Positions 52,317-63,728 of a stretch of 64,000 bases of DNA are shown one piece after another (the stretch's first letter is position 1; the number at the start of each line of letters is the position of its first letter). Position numbers and translations under genes: made by a program. Below the pieces are notes generated by a model. It saw only the letters and a program-made list of their open reading frames with translations, ran no database searches and had not been told where the DNA came from. The DNA is from Basidiobolus meristosporus CBS 931.73. Lineage: Eukaryota > Fungi > Basidiobolomycota. The stretch lies in the NCBI GenBank assembly GCA_002104905.1, contig MCFE01000065.1, positions 127,031-191,030 on the forward strand, given 5' to 3'.

Positions 52317-54084
52317 CTAAGCAGGTCCGGTGGAGCCTCTCCATCTCTCGCCTCTGTGTAGAACCAATATAGGCATTATCACGCTTACTGTAGTGATGAT
52401 CCCCCATATGGTCATCATCCAACCGTCGCCCAGGTTCTGGCGCATTGCAGGGGCAAACAAAGGGGTCACCGTAGCAATTACGTTTCGTACAAAATTTGCA
52501 CAACTTGTAATGGATGCTGAGGACTCGGAATAAGCGTCGACCAAGTAGGTATTGCTAGTCGCAATGATAATGTTCATTCCAAAACCAACTATTGATCACA
52601 AATTAGATAACTTGCAGTAGGTATTCATGCGATACAATAAACCATACTTACAAAGGAAGTGGCCAATCAGTGGTAATACAAAGTGGGTGTCAAAGTGAAG
52701 CAGCCATCCATAAACAAAGCAACCAACTGGCACCAAAATAGAGCCTATCCAAAGGGAATGCAATCTCATTTCTGGTTTGTGTACTCCGCCGTGAGCTTTC
52801 ATTTGCTTACGAAGGGTGTAGTCGGTAAACACACCGCCAAATACAGTGCCTAATATGCTTCCGGCCCCTTCAGCTCCATAGCAGAAGCCGATCTGGGCAG
52901 ACGACAGGTGGTATCGATCGGTATAAGTTTCTGAGAGCAGGGTTAAGAGCAGAAACAAAACACCAAATATGATCCCCGGGTACAAGGTGATCAGAATCAC
53001 TGCGGGATATCTCAGATAGTATAACGGTTTGAAAGGATTTGGAAAGCCATGTTTTGCGGGGCTTTCCAGATTTTTGTTCAGCCTCAATGCATAAGTTTCT
53101 GGCAGGAGAAGCAAACTCACGGTGAGAATCACTCCGCTAAGAATGGTCAAAAACCAAAAGATCCATTGCCATCCTAGATACTCGTTGATTACGCCGCCTA
53201 TCATTGACCCGGTGATCGGCCCAACCAGTGGGCCTATAAAGAACAGGCCTAGAATTCGAGGATTAGACTGATCGTTGCTAAATATAGATCACGTTGCTGA
53301 CTTACCCATGGCAGTACCACGCTCCTCAAGGTAAAACATATCAGAGATGGAGCCAGCGCCAACAGCCATGGCGGCGGAACTCCCGGAGCTCTGAAGAATT
53401 CTCATCACGATGAACATGCCGATATTTTTTGAGATGGCGCACAGAACGGACGCTACGATAAAAAGAGCCGTCGAGAGGATGTACACGATACGTCGGCCAT
53501 AGCGCTCGGAGATTGGTGCCCAGAACAATGGCTAGTTTCCAATTGTTAGTAAGGAAGTCTTTGAGAATATGTCGATGCTTGCAAGAATTACCCCCAGCCC
53601 ACTGAAAAGTACGTAGCATGAGACGGTGGCGTTAATAGTGCTGACATCCGTATTCAAGGCCGTGCGTACGTCCGTCAACGCCGGAAGCTATAAAGTGTCA
53701 ATCGGCTATGACAGCAACTGGGAAATAGGATGCTACCTACATAAATGGAACTCGCTAGCGGACCCAGAAGTCCAATCAGGGCGATCAAAGACAGGCATCC
53801 CATTTTTTTGGACCTCTTCCAACCCTACTTGAAGCACACGTTTTAAAAGCAAACTCCTGGCGCGTGGGTGTGAGGCCGGCGAGCGAAGAGAAGGCTGCTT
53901 ACCATTGGATCAATAACATCTACTTTCTCGCTATTCCCCACGTTTATTGTCGTCTCTGAATCATCTTTGATCTACGGAAATGAGTCTGAATAAGTGGAGG
54001 GTCGATGCCCGGGGGTCATGTGAAGCGACTTACTTTATCGTTCTCTAACTGGCTTTGCTCCACTTCTAACTTCGGATCAGACAT
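52317..54084 (-). CDS. MFS transporter, DHA1 drug:H+ antiporter-like, multi-exon
   Basis: FWAPISERYGRRIVY (motif A), MRILQSSGSSA..VGAGSISDMF..EERGTAMG, GPLVGPITGSMIGG, PEMRL, YLVDAY...SASITS..NFVRN; start inferred at ATG 54084 (MSDPKLE..). Confidence 0.9.
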
Positions 54085-56024
54085 GTCCTAAGGCAGAAAT
54101 CAGGTCACTCCGTACCGCACCTTGAATTTATAGTGATTTCTCATCGCTCAGAGGGAGAGAGGGAATGGTTGTGAGTGCAGCTCGGGGAAATGAGATAATT
54201 TCGTGCTTCATAAGTGTTGCTCCTCTTGATTGGTAATTCCAGCTCTGTGGAACAGGCGAAAATCTAGCACTGCCGACAAACTCGCGTAAGCGTCCATTAG
54301 TCATTTACGCCATTGCCCTTAAAGCAAAACCACTCCATCTGAATAGCTCAGCACCGTGATTGAAGCTAAATTAAGCTTAAAACGGAGAGGCAGCAACCTT
54401 TGGGGAGACAGGTGACACATACATGAAAGGCCCAAACAGTGGCGCTACCGCGGAGCTGGCACAGATCTCGAATTCCAGCTCTCCAATGGATGTTAAAACA
54501 GCACCAAAGATCACCTGCACGAAAAAGGTGATATTGAATTGATTCGAAATCACCTCAAACCAGAGCAATCAAAGATTATCTCGGGCTTTCGATCAATAAG
54601 GGAAGTGGGCCTTGAAGTACCTCTTTGCGAGCACCATCCTCAACTGGCACGATACGAGTATTCATCCCTTATATGGCACCAGGTTTCTCCTCTGGATGAT
54701 ACATGATTCCGTGATCGACTGTCGCAGAGGCAGAGACAACCCACAATAATAGTGCATTTGTGCTCCAGATGAAGATTTGCATAGAGAGGACAAGTAGATG
54801 GCATCGACATCAACAGATCTAGTCTCACCATTCATCATTGAAGGCTTTGGTGGGAGCGAGATTGGATTGGACGGGATAAGATAGGATATACCATGCATCT
54901 CCATCTCTCGCGCAACCTCAGACTGGCTCCAGCAGATATCCCAGTGTACACATTTATGAGGTGGTGGCGTATGCAGCGTGTGGCGTGTATATTTGATATT
55001 GCAATAGAGGCAGCCCGATCGTATCTATCTCTAGAACACTGACGCTTTCTGTTCAAAACTCACTTTCTCCTTGTGGCCGCCCCGATGCTATGGCTTTGCT
55101 CGGTCTGATTTATTCAACCTAAACTTGCAAGTAGAACCTCATTGACAAAGGAAGGATTTTCTTCGGGACTTGAATTACCATAATTCTATTGACGAGCAAG
55201 AAGCTGGATTCTCCAAACGGCAATATTGAATGCTGGATTGCATGCTATGTGAGTTTGTCATTGTGAACGCTTTGAACATGGAGGTTCTAAACTTGGATAC
55301 CATGGCATTATCATCTGTGTAGACCAGATTCCTGGAAATCTTACCCATGATTTCCGCCAAGGAAATGTACAATATTCTGGCTAAGGAGATATGGAGTGTT
55401 TCCAAATTCTCCAGGCGTCATGTCAATCAGGCAGTCACTCCCCGACAAGGAGAGTTCAAGGCCACAATGTAAATCCTACGAAATATGGCAACATTGACTC
55501 GCAGTGATCGATCCTTTCTATCCTTTAATACATAAACCATGGTGGTGATAATTGGCGTTATACAAATAAATTTAACAAGATCACTTCAATTGTTATTCGT
55601 GCCAGCACTCTTGGCTCCCTTCGTTGCCACCACAAACATACTCCTCGGCCTTCACACTTGCCAAATCTAGGTCCATGTTCCTTCCTTCAACAGCGGTTTA
55701 GACCGGAGAACTAGACGATTCTTGATTGGCTCGAGATATCATGAAGGACCATGCATTAATTTTCTCATCGGGTAAGCAAATAATCCACCTCAATTTTTAC
55801 GAAAAAAAAAAAAGTTTCCAGCATCGTTGGTTTTGTAGTTTATTATGTGAATGAATCGACTTCAGAAAAAGGAAGAGGCGAAATAGAATTCGAAAAAGGT
55901 CAAAGCTATTTAGAAAATATATCAACCTTCGCTCGCACTACCGTTCCATATTTACTGTATCAAAGCTATAGATTCTCTTGATCACCCTACCTCACCGCAC
56001 CAACATTCCAATCCCACAATTATT

Positions 56025-59000
56025 ATGGAAGACATATTCTCCAAGGTTCGCACGCAAGTAAATTCCACTCTGAACAACCAAAAGCTTCCTGCCACAACTC
56101 TCTTGAGTGTTGAGAAGGAATTGAAGGAAAAAAGCATTGAGCTTTCTCCCGCTGCCTATTTCACAAGCTTGCTCAATTTGCTTGAAGATCAAAAGGACAC
56201 TGAAGGAGACAACGAAAATAGAACTGCCATAATATACCTTCTGAGTATTGTGTTCCCTCAGTAAGTCATTTTTCGTGACAATGTTTGGTGTCTGATTTTA
56301 AGTTTATGTACTTTCAGCATCCCCCAGGATATCTTGAAAAAGGAATATTCCAGGGCATTGAAGACTTTAGTTAGTACGATTGAAGAACACAAAGAATCAG
56401 CTCCTATTGCGCGTGCCGTCATTGCTTGTTTGGAGAGCCTCCTGGCTGCTCAAGATAGTGCCGCCTGGAAAAAACTCCCTACCAAAAATACCTTTAATTC
56501 TTTGCTGCAATTGTGCTTAGACGGCCGACCAAAGGTTCGTAGAAGAGCCCACGAGGCCATCCATAAAATAATCTCTAGCTCCCCCACAGCCAATTTCCAG
56601 CACCCAGCTGCTTTCTCTGTAGCAAAATTCTGTATCAAAGTTTTGAAAGAGTCCTCCCAATCGGAGCCCGGTTCCGCTCATCACATTCTTGCTCTCGTCA
56701 AGCCTATTATTTCTATATGGCCAGCAGAGGAGCTTGAGTCTTTGTGCGAAACTTTGTTCGAGCTTCCTAAACTTGGTAACGACTATCTCACGGTCACGGT
56801 GCTTGAAGTGCTACAAAACCTTTTCAAGTGTAGCAGTGGTAACCTGGATGAAGAGAAAATCCGGTACTTCCTTGACGCCCTCATTCAGATGAAACCAAAC
56901 AGCGGAGAGGTGCAGCAATCGACTGCTTGGTTGAAATGTATGACCTACGGATATGAAGCCTACGCTAAGTGCAATCAAGAGGAGTGCTCTGGCCAACTTG
57001 GAATGGTGTTTGCTATAGTCTTTGCTGACCTTGGATGCGATCAAAAGCCAGTTGCCGACGCTGCCGCTGAATGCCTTTCTGGCCTTGTTGAGAACTGTTT
57101 GGTAGTGAATACCGAGAGCATGGATAAATCGAAGAATCTTCTGAAGAAAATCTCTGGATTATTGGAGACCGGATTGCGCGCTCGCTACCAATCTGCTTGG
57201 CCGGGTGTGCTTGCCATCTACAGAGCCTTTTTTAAGAAACTGGGTCGCAATGCTGTTCCTCTTCTCAGTCATACGATCGAGTTGATCGCCGAGTTGACAA
57301 GTAGTGACAAGGAGTGTAAGAAAGTAGTCCATGAAACCTTAGGGACCATCGTAACCGCCATAGGCCCCCAGACCTTTTTGAAGATCCTTCCTTTGAGCCA
57401 GGAGAAATCCAAGGACAACCCGAAGCAATTCAACAGAGTGTGGTTACTTCCAATTCTTAAAGAGAGCATTACCAATACAGAGTTGAGTTATTTCGTCAAG
57501 GAGCTCCTTCCCCTAACCGAGAGCCTAAAAAGCCCTACTCTAAAGGCAGCCACCAAAGGCAAACAAGGCGGTGACAAAAGTCAAAAGGCTGTTCAAGGGA
57601 TCTGGGCACTATTGCCTGGATTCTGTCATCTTCCCTACGACCTCGTGAAGGCGTTTGATCAGGACTTCGCCGAGGTATTGGGAAATGTAATCTTTAGTGA
57701 GCCAGAGCTTCGACCCATTGTGTGTACCTCCTTAGGAACGCTGATCCAGAAGAACCTTGAATTCAGTACCTTGGAAACAAGCGACGAGGAGCTGCAAAAG
57801 CAATACCAGATGGATAAAAAAGATGCCGTTGCGAACATCCAGCATTTGGCTGGATTCTCCAGCAATTTCTTGGCAGTCTTCTTCAACGTTTTCAGTCAAA
57901 CGCCCCCTGAATCACGCACATACCTTACGGAGATGATTCAACTATTCCTCAAAATTTCTAATGAAGGTGATATTCATGAAACCTTCGAGAAGGTCCATCA
58001 GCTTCTGGCAGATGCCTTGAAGGAACATCATCCCGTTGACGATCTGGCTCCCTCCAAACTTCCCCCTATGGCTCACACAATGATGGATCTTGCAGTCATT
58101 ATGGTTGAATTTCTGGACACCGCTTCCCTAGAGCGTCTCATGGAAACCGTCACTGCTTTGATCGCGCAAGAGGAGGACGGGGTGTTGCAAATGATGTCAT
58201 ACGATGCCATGAATCGCATGTACCAATGTGAGAATGGAAAGGGCGTCTTGACAAACAACATAGAAGAGTTGCAAACCAAGCTGTTGAGCACTACTCTCAT
58301 TACCTCCCCGGTGGCAAAGGAGGAGCGTCTCAAGGCATTAGCGAATGTTACCCGAGTCCTACCGTCTAGCGATCTTAGTTTCATCCCTTCCATAGTCTCA
58401 GAGGCTATTGTCTGCACGAAGGAGGCCAAGGAAGGCTCACGCAATCTTGCCTATGACCTTCTAGTCGTAATGGGAAATCGTATGAAAGAGGGCGGTGTTA
58501 TTGTAACTAGCAAGATTGCTGAGATGGATGACGATGCTCAAAACGCCGAGGCAAGCATTGCCGAATACTTCACTATGGTTACTGCAGGTCTAGCAGGATC
58601 CACGCCCAACATGATTTCGGCAACCATCACATCCCTTTCCAGACTCTTGTTCGAATTCCAGTCAAGTCTTTCTCAACCCATCGTGGATGATCTTCTTAAC
58701 ACCATTCATATGTTCGTCATCTCGGCCAACCGAGAGTTGGTCAAGTCAGCACTAGGCTTCGTCAAAGTAGCCGTGCTTACGCTCGATTCCGAATATTTGA
58801 AACCACATCTTTCCGACATCGTAACCGGCATTCTCACTTGGTCCCACGATCACAAGAACCATTTCAAAGACAAGGTTCGCCATATTTTCGAACGATTGAT
58901 TCGTAAGTTCGGCTATGAGGAGATTGCCCGGGTTGTTCCTGAGGAACACATGGAATTGATTACCAACATCAAGAACAGAAAGGAGCGTGCTAGAAGAGGA

Positions 59001-59495
59001 AAAAACAAGGCTACTGACAACAGCGAGGACGAGGACGAAGACGATGATTCGGATAGTAGTGAGAGCGAGGGCTCTGGAGATGAATCAGACCAAGGAACTC
59101 ATGGTAGGCCCAAGTCTCGAAAGCATAGCCGCGCAGACGAATCGGACGACGAATCAGAAACTGAAGGCCGTAAACCCGGCTTCAGAGGAAAACGGATGCA
59201 TGATGGCAGAGGAAACAGAGGCAGTTTCAACGCCGGAAATCATAAGCGGGGCCGATTCAACCGTGAAAGTGAGGCTTCTGGCGAGAACCGTCATAGAGCA
59301 GGCGCTCGAGATCAGAACAGAAGGGCACGAGGTAGAGGCGGCTTTTCCGACAAAGGAAGTCAACGTTTCGCTAAAGGAAGTCGCCCCGCTGGTGGTGAAG
59401 ATGACAGAAGGGGCGGTCGCAACTCACATTCAAGTGCTAGTAAACCACGAGGCAAGTTCAGTCATAGAGGATCGTCAAGCAGAAGACGCAATTAG
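56025..59495 (+). CDS. RRP12: Ribosome biogenesis HEAT-repeat protein Rrp12 (NUC173), 2 exons
   Basis: MEDIFSKVRTQVNSTLNNQK, LDGRPKVRRRAHEA, RVWLLPILKESITNTELSYF, IWALLPGFC, SRNLAYDLLVVMG, VTAGLAGSTPNMISATI, KNHFKDKVRHIFERLIRKFG; intron 56262-56317. Confidence 0.95.
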
Positions 59496-59942
59496 AGGTG
59501 CTTAATAGCAGTCAAGATCAAATTAGCGAAGTTATGAATATATTTGTTTTATTATAGGTTACTTAATTTCTATAAAATCTTCACAACAATGTTCTAGTTC
59601 TTGATGATTCTTTTGGCTACGATCAAACATCTGGCCACTTGCACACTCCCAATGTCATATTGGTGTGACTTGTGCTTGTCCCACTATTATACATAATGGT
59701 CTCCTATTTTGCTCCATAGTTGTTCATTTATATTTGGGAATACCTTGAAACTGAGCTTATTTCTTTTTCCTAAAGCTTTCATGCCTAATGTAAATTATTC
59801 CCTGAATACATATATAGTGTGGTGTATAAAAGGGCTAGTTGAGGGGCAGCCACATTTGATTATACCTTATAAGTTGGATGTAGAAAAGCCCACAATATAT
59901 CAATAATATTGAGAATGTGTGATGTGCTTCAACATTTAAAAC

Positions 59943-61005
59943 TTAGGGTTAGGGGGGGGGAGACAGTCACCAACAGGTGAAATCTTTATTTCAGTTGAAA
60001 CAAAGAAGCCAGCACTACTGTTGTAGCTTTGATACAAGAGTGTGTAGCTGAGGGGAATTTGTAGGTAAGTTAATAAGAAGTGATGATAGTTCTTCAGTGC
60101 TCAAGACACTGTTCAGTGGGAAGGGGGGTAGCAAGAGAGGTAAGAATGACTTGTGAACAACATTAATGAGGGGAATGTGATAAGGATTGATATTCATCAT
60201 AAAGGGAGTGTGCTGCTGCAGATATTGCTGCCAAAGGTCTGTCAAGTACTTCAGGTAGGCCAGCTTGGGTTTTTCTGACTGCAGAATATAATGAGCAAAC
60301 TTCTTGACTTCAGGATCTCCAAGTATAGTGCTCCAGCAGGAGCCAGGTGTAGTGTGGTGTGTTCTCTTCCATGCCTTAATCAGTGGGTTGTTGCAGTTGT
60401 GAAGTCTGAGATATAATCTGGTTCTGAGGTAGAGAATTCTGATCTTATAGGGCATAAACCCAAAAGCACCAAGAATAGCATGTCTGTAGGGGCATTCAGG
60501 TAAATGAGGCACCAAGGAGGTAATGCACCATACTGTAAACTTGTCAAGCTTAGTGCAGTCTCTAGAGGTAAGAGAGAGAAGTGGTAAGCCAAATTCCAGG
60601 ACAGGGAAGACAAACTGCTTGAGTAGAAGGAGGCAGCTGGGAGCTGAAGTTGTAGGAGGAGTAACAGCCAGTAGCTTGTGGAGTGCCTGTCTTGCCAGGA
60701 TAATTCTCTTCTTCAGATGTGCTCCAGAGTCTAGTCCAGTAGGAAGGAAAGGAAAGCCAAGATATGTAGCAGAAGCCTGAGCAGGTAGAGTGGAGTTCTC
60801 CAAGTTAATGTGAGAGCCCAAAGGTACTGTCTTTGCAATGGAAAGCTGGAGATTATTCTTCTGCAGATACTGGTGGATGGTCTGGGAGTCTTGTTGCACA
60901 TTGGAGGAGGATATTCTGATGTCATCAGCAAAGAGAGTAACCAGGCAGTCAGCTGAGAGTCTTGGGAAATCATTCAGGAAGATGGCAAACAGTATAGGAC
61001 TGTTG
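59943..61005 (-). mobile_element. Non-LTR retroelement unit A: 5'-truncated RT plus C-terminal domain and structured 3' tail
   Basis: Reading through the ORF upstream of 60899 gives SPILFAIFLND...VTLFADDI (RT catalytic motif), then YLGFPF and LKQFVFPVLEFGL; stop at 60015; 3' tail ends in CCCTAACCCTAA (TTAGGGTTAGGG on + at 59943-59954). Confidence 0.88.
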
Positions 61006-61696
61006 TATCCAAGAGAAAGTGTAATAAAACTCTTGAATGGTTTAACTGAACCAAAGGGACAATTAAGTGCAGAATCTTAGAATTGTCAGAGAGTAGCAGA
61101 AATATTAGCAGAAAGATTCTGATCTAATATTGGTCTTGGATATAGCTGGGTTGGCTATAAAGACAATGATATTTGTTTGCTAGGCAGGCTAGGCTTGGTG
61201 TTCTTTGGAGTGCTAGATATACTAGGCTTGGATAGAAACTAGAACAGAATTGTTGGATTCTTATTTTTGCTGAGACAGAATCTTAATTTTGTTGAGACAC
61301 ACACTAAACCAAAAGGTTCAGTAAACTTTATTTATACTTTTCTGATCAAGTTGAATTAGTAAGCGCCAAGGGACTGGATTGATTGAAATCAATTTGGGTG
61401 TTCATAGGTGCATAAGATAAATGAAAATAATATCATCAATCAACTGATGTCTTGGCAACTGCACGGTGGTTGGATAGATCTCAGATGACTAATCACCTGG
61501 GAAGGCTTGGCAGATAGGTTGATAATGTAATGACCATTTGAAAATAGATCAGGTGTGATAGCTAAAAATAGATTCTGAGGTGGGATAAAATAAACTGTAA
61601 CTGGGATTTGTTATGTTTGGGTTAGGGAAAAGCAGTTAGGGTACTAGATTTTCAAACGGAGTAAAATTGGCTAAGTTTAAATGTTGATGCACAACA

Positions 61697-62348
61697 TCAC
61701 TTCCTTCCAGAAGAGGAGTTTTTTGATACCTTCTGGGTTCCTCTGCAGCTCCAATACTGATCAATAATGGCAACATCATCAAAGTTGGTGTAAGGTTCCC
61801 AGGTGTTGTGTTTGGCATTGTAGCCTTTCCACTTGACTAAATAAAGGCAATTTGGTTCTTCTCCATCATGGTCCACAATAGCTTCAGCTTCATAGGATTC
61901 CAAAGTTACTGGGTCTTGAGAAATAAGTTTGAGTGAAGAAGGTGGAAAGTTTTTGGGTAGCAGTGCTCCAGTGTTATCTTGAAGTACATAAGATCCTCCA
62001 GTAGTGCATCTGACAACCTTGAATGGTCCTTCATACTTGGGGTCAAGCTTAGATTGCTGGATTGGATCTAGTGTCATGACATATGACCCATCTGGGAAGC
62101 TGCTGTTCCTGTGTCTTGAGGCTTACGTTGAAGTCATCTTTTGCTGAGAGGCCTTACTTCTGGCACTGATAGCAGGGTAGACAATGTTGGTAAGGTACTC
62201 AAGCCGGTTCTTTAGCTTATCTGTATTCAAACTTGCTAACTCTGTATTCTGGTAGTCTCCAAAGTGGTTGTATCTTCTTCCAAACATCAAGGAAAATGGT
62301 GTTGATCCATGTAGAGCGGCAATTTTGGTGTTGATAGCATACTGTACA
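61697..62348 (-). mobile_element. Ty3/Gypsy chromovirus fragment: integrase C-terminus, GPF motif, chromodomain
   Basis: VQYAINT..LHGSTPFSLMFGR (end of integrase core), one in-frame stop, KLDPKYEGPFKVV, chromodomain YEAEAIVDH...YLVKWKGY...NTWEP; purine tract GGAAGGAAG followed by TGTTG (putative 3' LTR start near 61696). Confidence 0.9.
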
Positions 62349-62908
62349 GTTTAGGGGAGGGAAAGTCACCAAGTTGGTGAAATCTTTATTTGAGTAAAGA
62401 ACTAATCTAGGTACAAATAAAGAAGCCAATTAAGAGGTCTAGAACCTCTCTAATAAGTAATCTAATTTATGTTTTGTTTCATCTCTAATGTTTGTTTCAA
62501 TAAAGTAAAGCTCATCAGGGGTAAATATAAAATTCAGGGGTTTTGGGGGAAGTACAAATTGTAGATGTTTCTGATCAATATAATCCAAGACTGGAACCCA
62601 GCCTGGGATTAGGTGTATAGGAAAGGTGTGTGGACTTGTAAGTAGCTCTGCCACATAGATCTTAGATGGTGCTGAGCCAGTAGTCTTGGTTTCTCAGCTT
62701 TTTGAAGTTTTGAAGCAAGCTCTGTTACTACAGCAGAGCCAACCAGGGTGTGCCAGCAAGAAGATTTCAGGGAGGAGTTAGATTGAAGCCATTGTTTGAT
62801 GGAGGGGTTATGTGATTTCTGAAGTTTGACTAGGAAGGAAGCACGGAGATAGACCATTTGGATTTGGTATGGGTAGAAGCCAAAGGCTCCATTAGTTGCA
62901 TGGATATA
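62349..62908 (-). mobile_element. Non-LTR retroelement unit B: diverged 3' end of an A-like RT element
   Basis: YIHATNGAFGFYPYQIQMVYLR...NPSIKQW...SCWHTLVG...EKPRL...MWQSYLQVHTPF...LPPKPLN aligns to unit A (YRHAILGAFGFMPYKIRILYLR...NPLIKAW...SCWSTILG...EKPKL...LWQQYLQQHTPF...LPPFPLN); shares the 3' tail. Confidence 0.85.
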
Positions 62909-63728
62909 GTTAGGGGAGGGAAAGTCACCAAGGTAGGTGAAATCTTTATTTGATTGCAGACAAGTCTAACTACAAATAAAGAAGCCAGCTGGGAATAGAA
63001 GATTCCCAAAGTAAACACTAAGTTGAATATGAATAAATCTAAGCTAAAGTTAAAGCAGTATCCCAGAGTACACTGGAGTTCAGGTTCATGGGGGAGTGAA
63101 GCAGATAAGCTTGAGAGATATAATAATCTTTGAGGAAGTGGGTAACAGCAGGTGAAGGGGAGTTTTTGATAAGTGAAGTGAATCTTGAGAGCAGAGATTC
63201 CTCTATTGAGAAGGTCTTGTAAACTGGAGAATCAGGAAACTCTTTAAAGGCATGGTTGGTAGGTTCCCAGTAAAACTGGTCAGAGACATTTGAGAGAACT
63301 CTTTAGCAATACTTTTGTCAAGTACTACCTCCAGAGTGTGATTGTTGATAAATCTCATGTTAACAATCTTGGATAAATTGTAACCTTGTTGCTTGAGATA
63401 CATCCTATGCTCAGATATAGGAATGAACTCCACATTGGCAAAGTAGCAGACAGCCCAGTCAGTAGCAGGAGGCAAATCAGAAGTAGCAGGAAACTTTCTT
63501 TTAGTCTTGGGAGGAGCAGCAGGATGTCTTGAGGAAGCAGGAACAGGCTTTTTGACACCTTCAGAGTAGGAAGAGTGAGCAGGAGCAGATGATTCTTGGG
63601 GAGTCTTGTTGACAGGAACAGCTGGTAGAGAGACAATAGATTCTTGCAGATCAGAGAAGGCAGAAAACAGCTTTTGAACTTGTTTCTTGAGTAAAGCATT
63701 TTCAGCTTCAACAAGTGCAAGCCTTTCC
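62909..63728 (-). mobile_element. Non-LTR retroelement unit C: ORF1/gag-like sequence followed directly by the shared 3' tail, 5' end capped by telomere
   Basis: Frame starting at the telomere junction reads KERLALVEAENALLKKQVQKL (coiled coil), SYSEGVKK, basic linker, then an RRM-like segment (IPISEHRMYLKQQGYNLSKIVNMRFINNHTLEVVLD); apparent frameshift near 63285; no RT between ORF and tail. Confidence 0.7.

Noticed and set aside
54377-55680. Scattered exon-like segments on the minus strand between the MFS gene and RRP12
   Set aside because: Donor and acceptor sites exist, but no in-frame model or homology could be established.
58987-59505. Alternative-frame 172-aa ORF inside the RRP12 3' end
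   Set aside because: Overlaps low-complexity purine-rich coding sequence where stop-free alternative frames are expected; no supporting splice signal.
62470-62520. CTGATGAG...GAAA on the minus strand resembling a hammerhead ribozyme core
   Set aside because: No stem II can form between the motifs, it lies within coding sequence (TPDELYFIE), and it is absent from units A and C.
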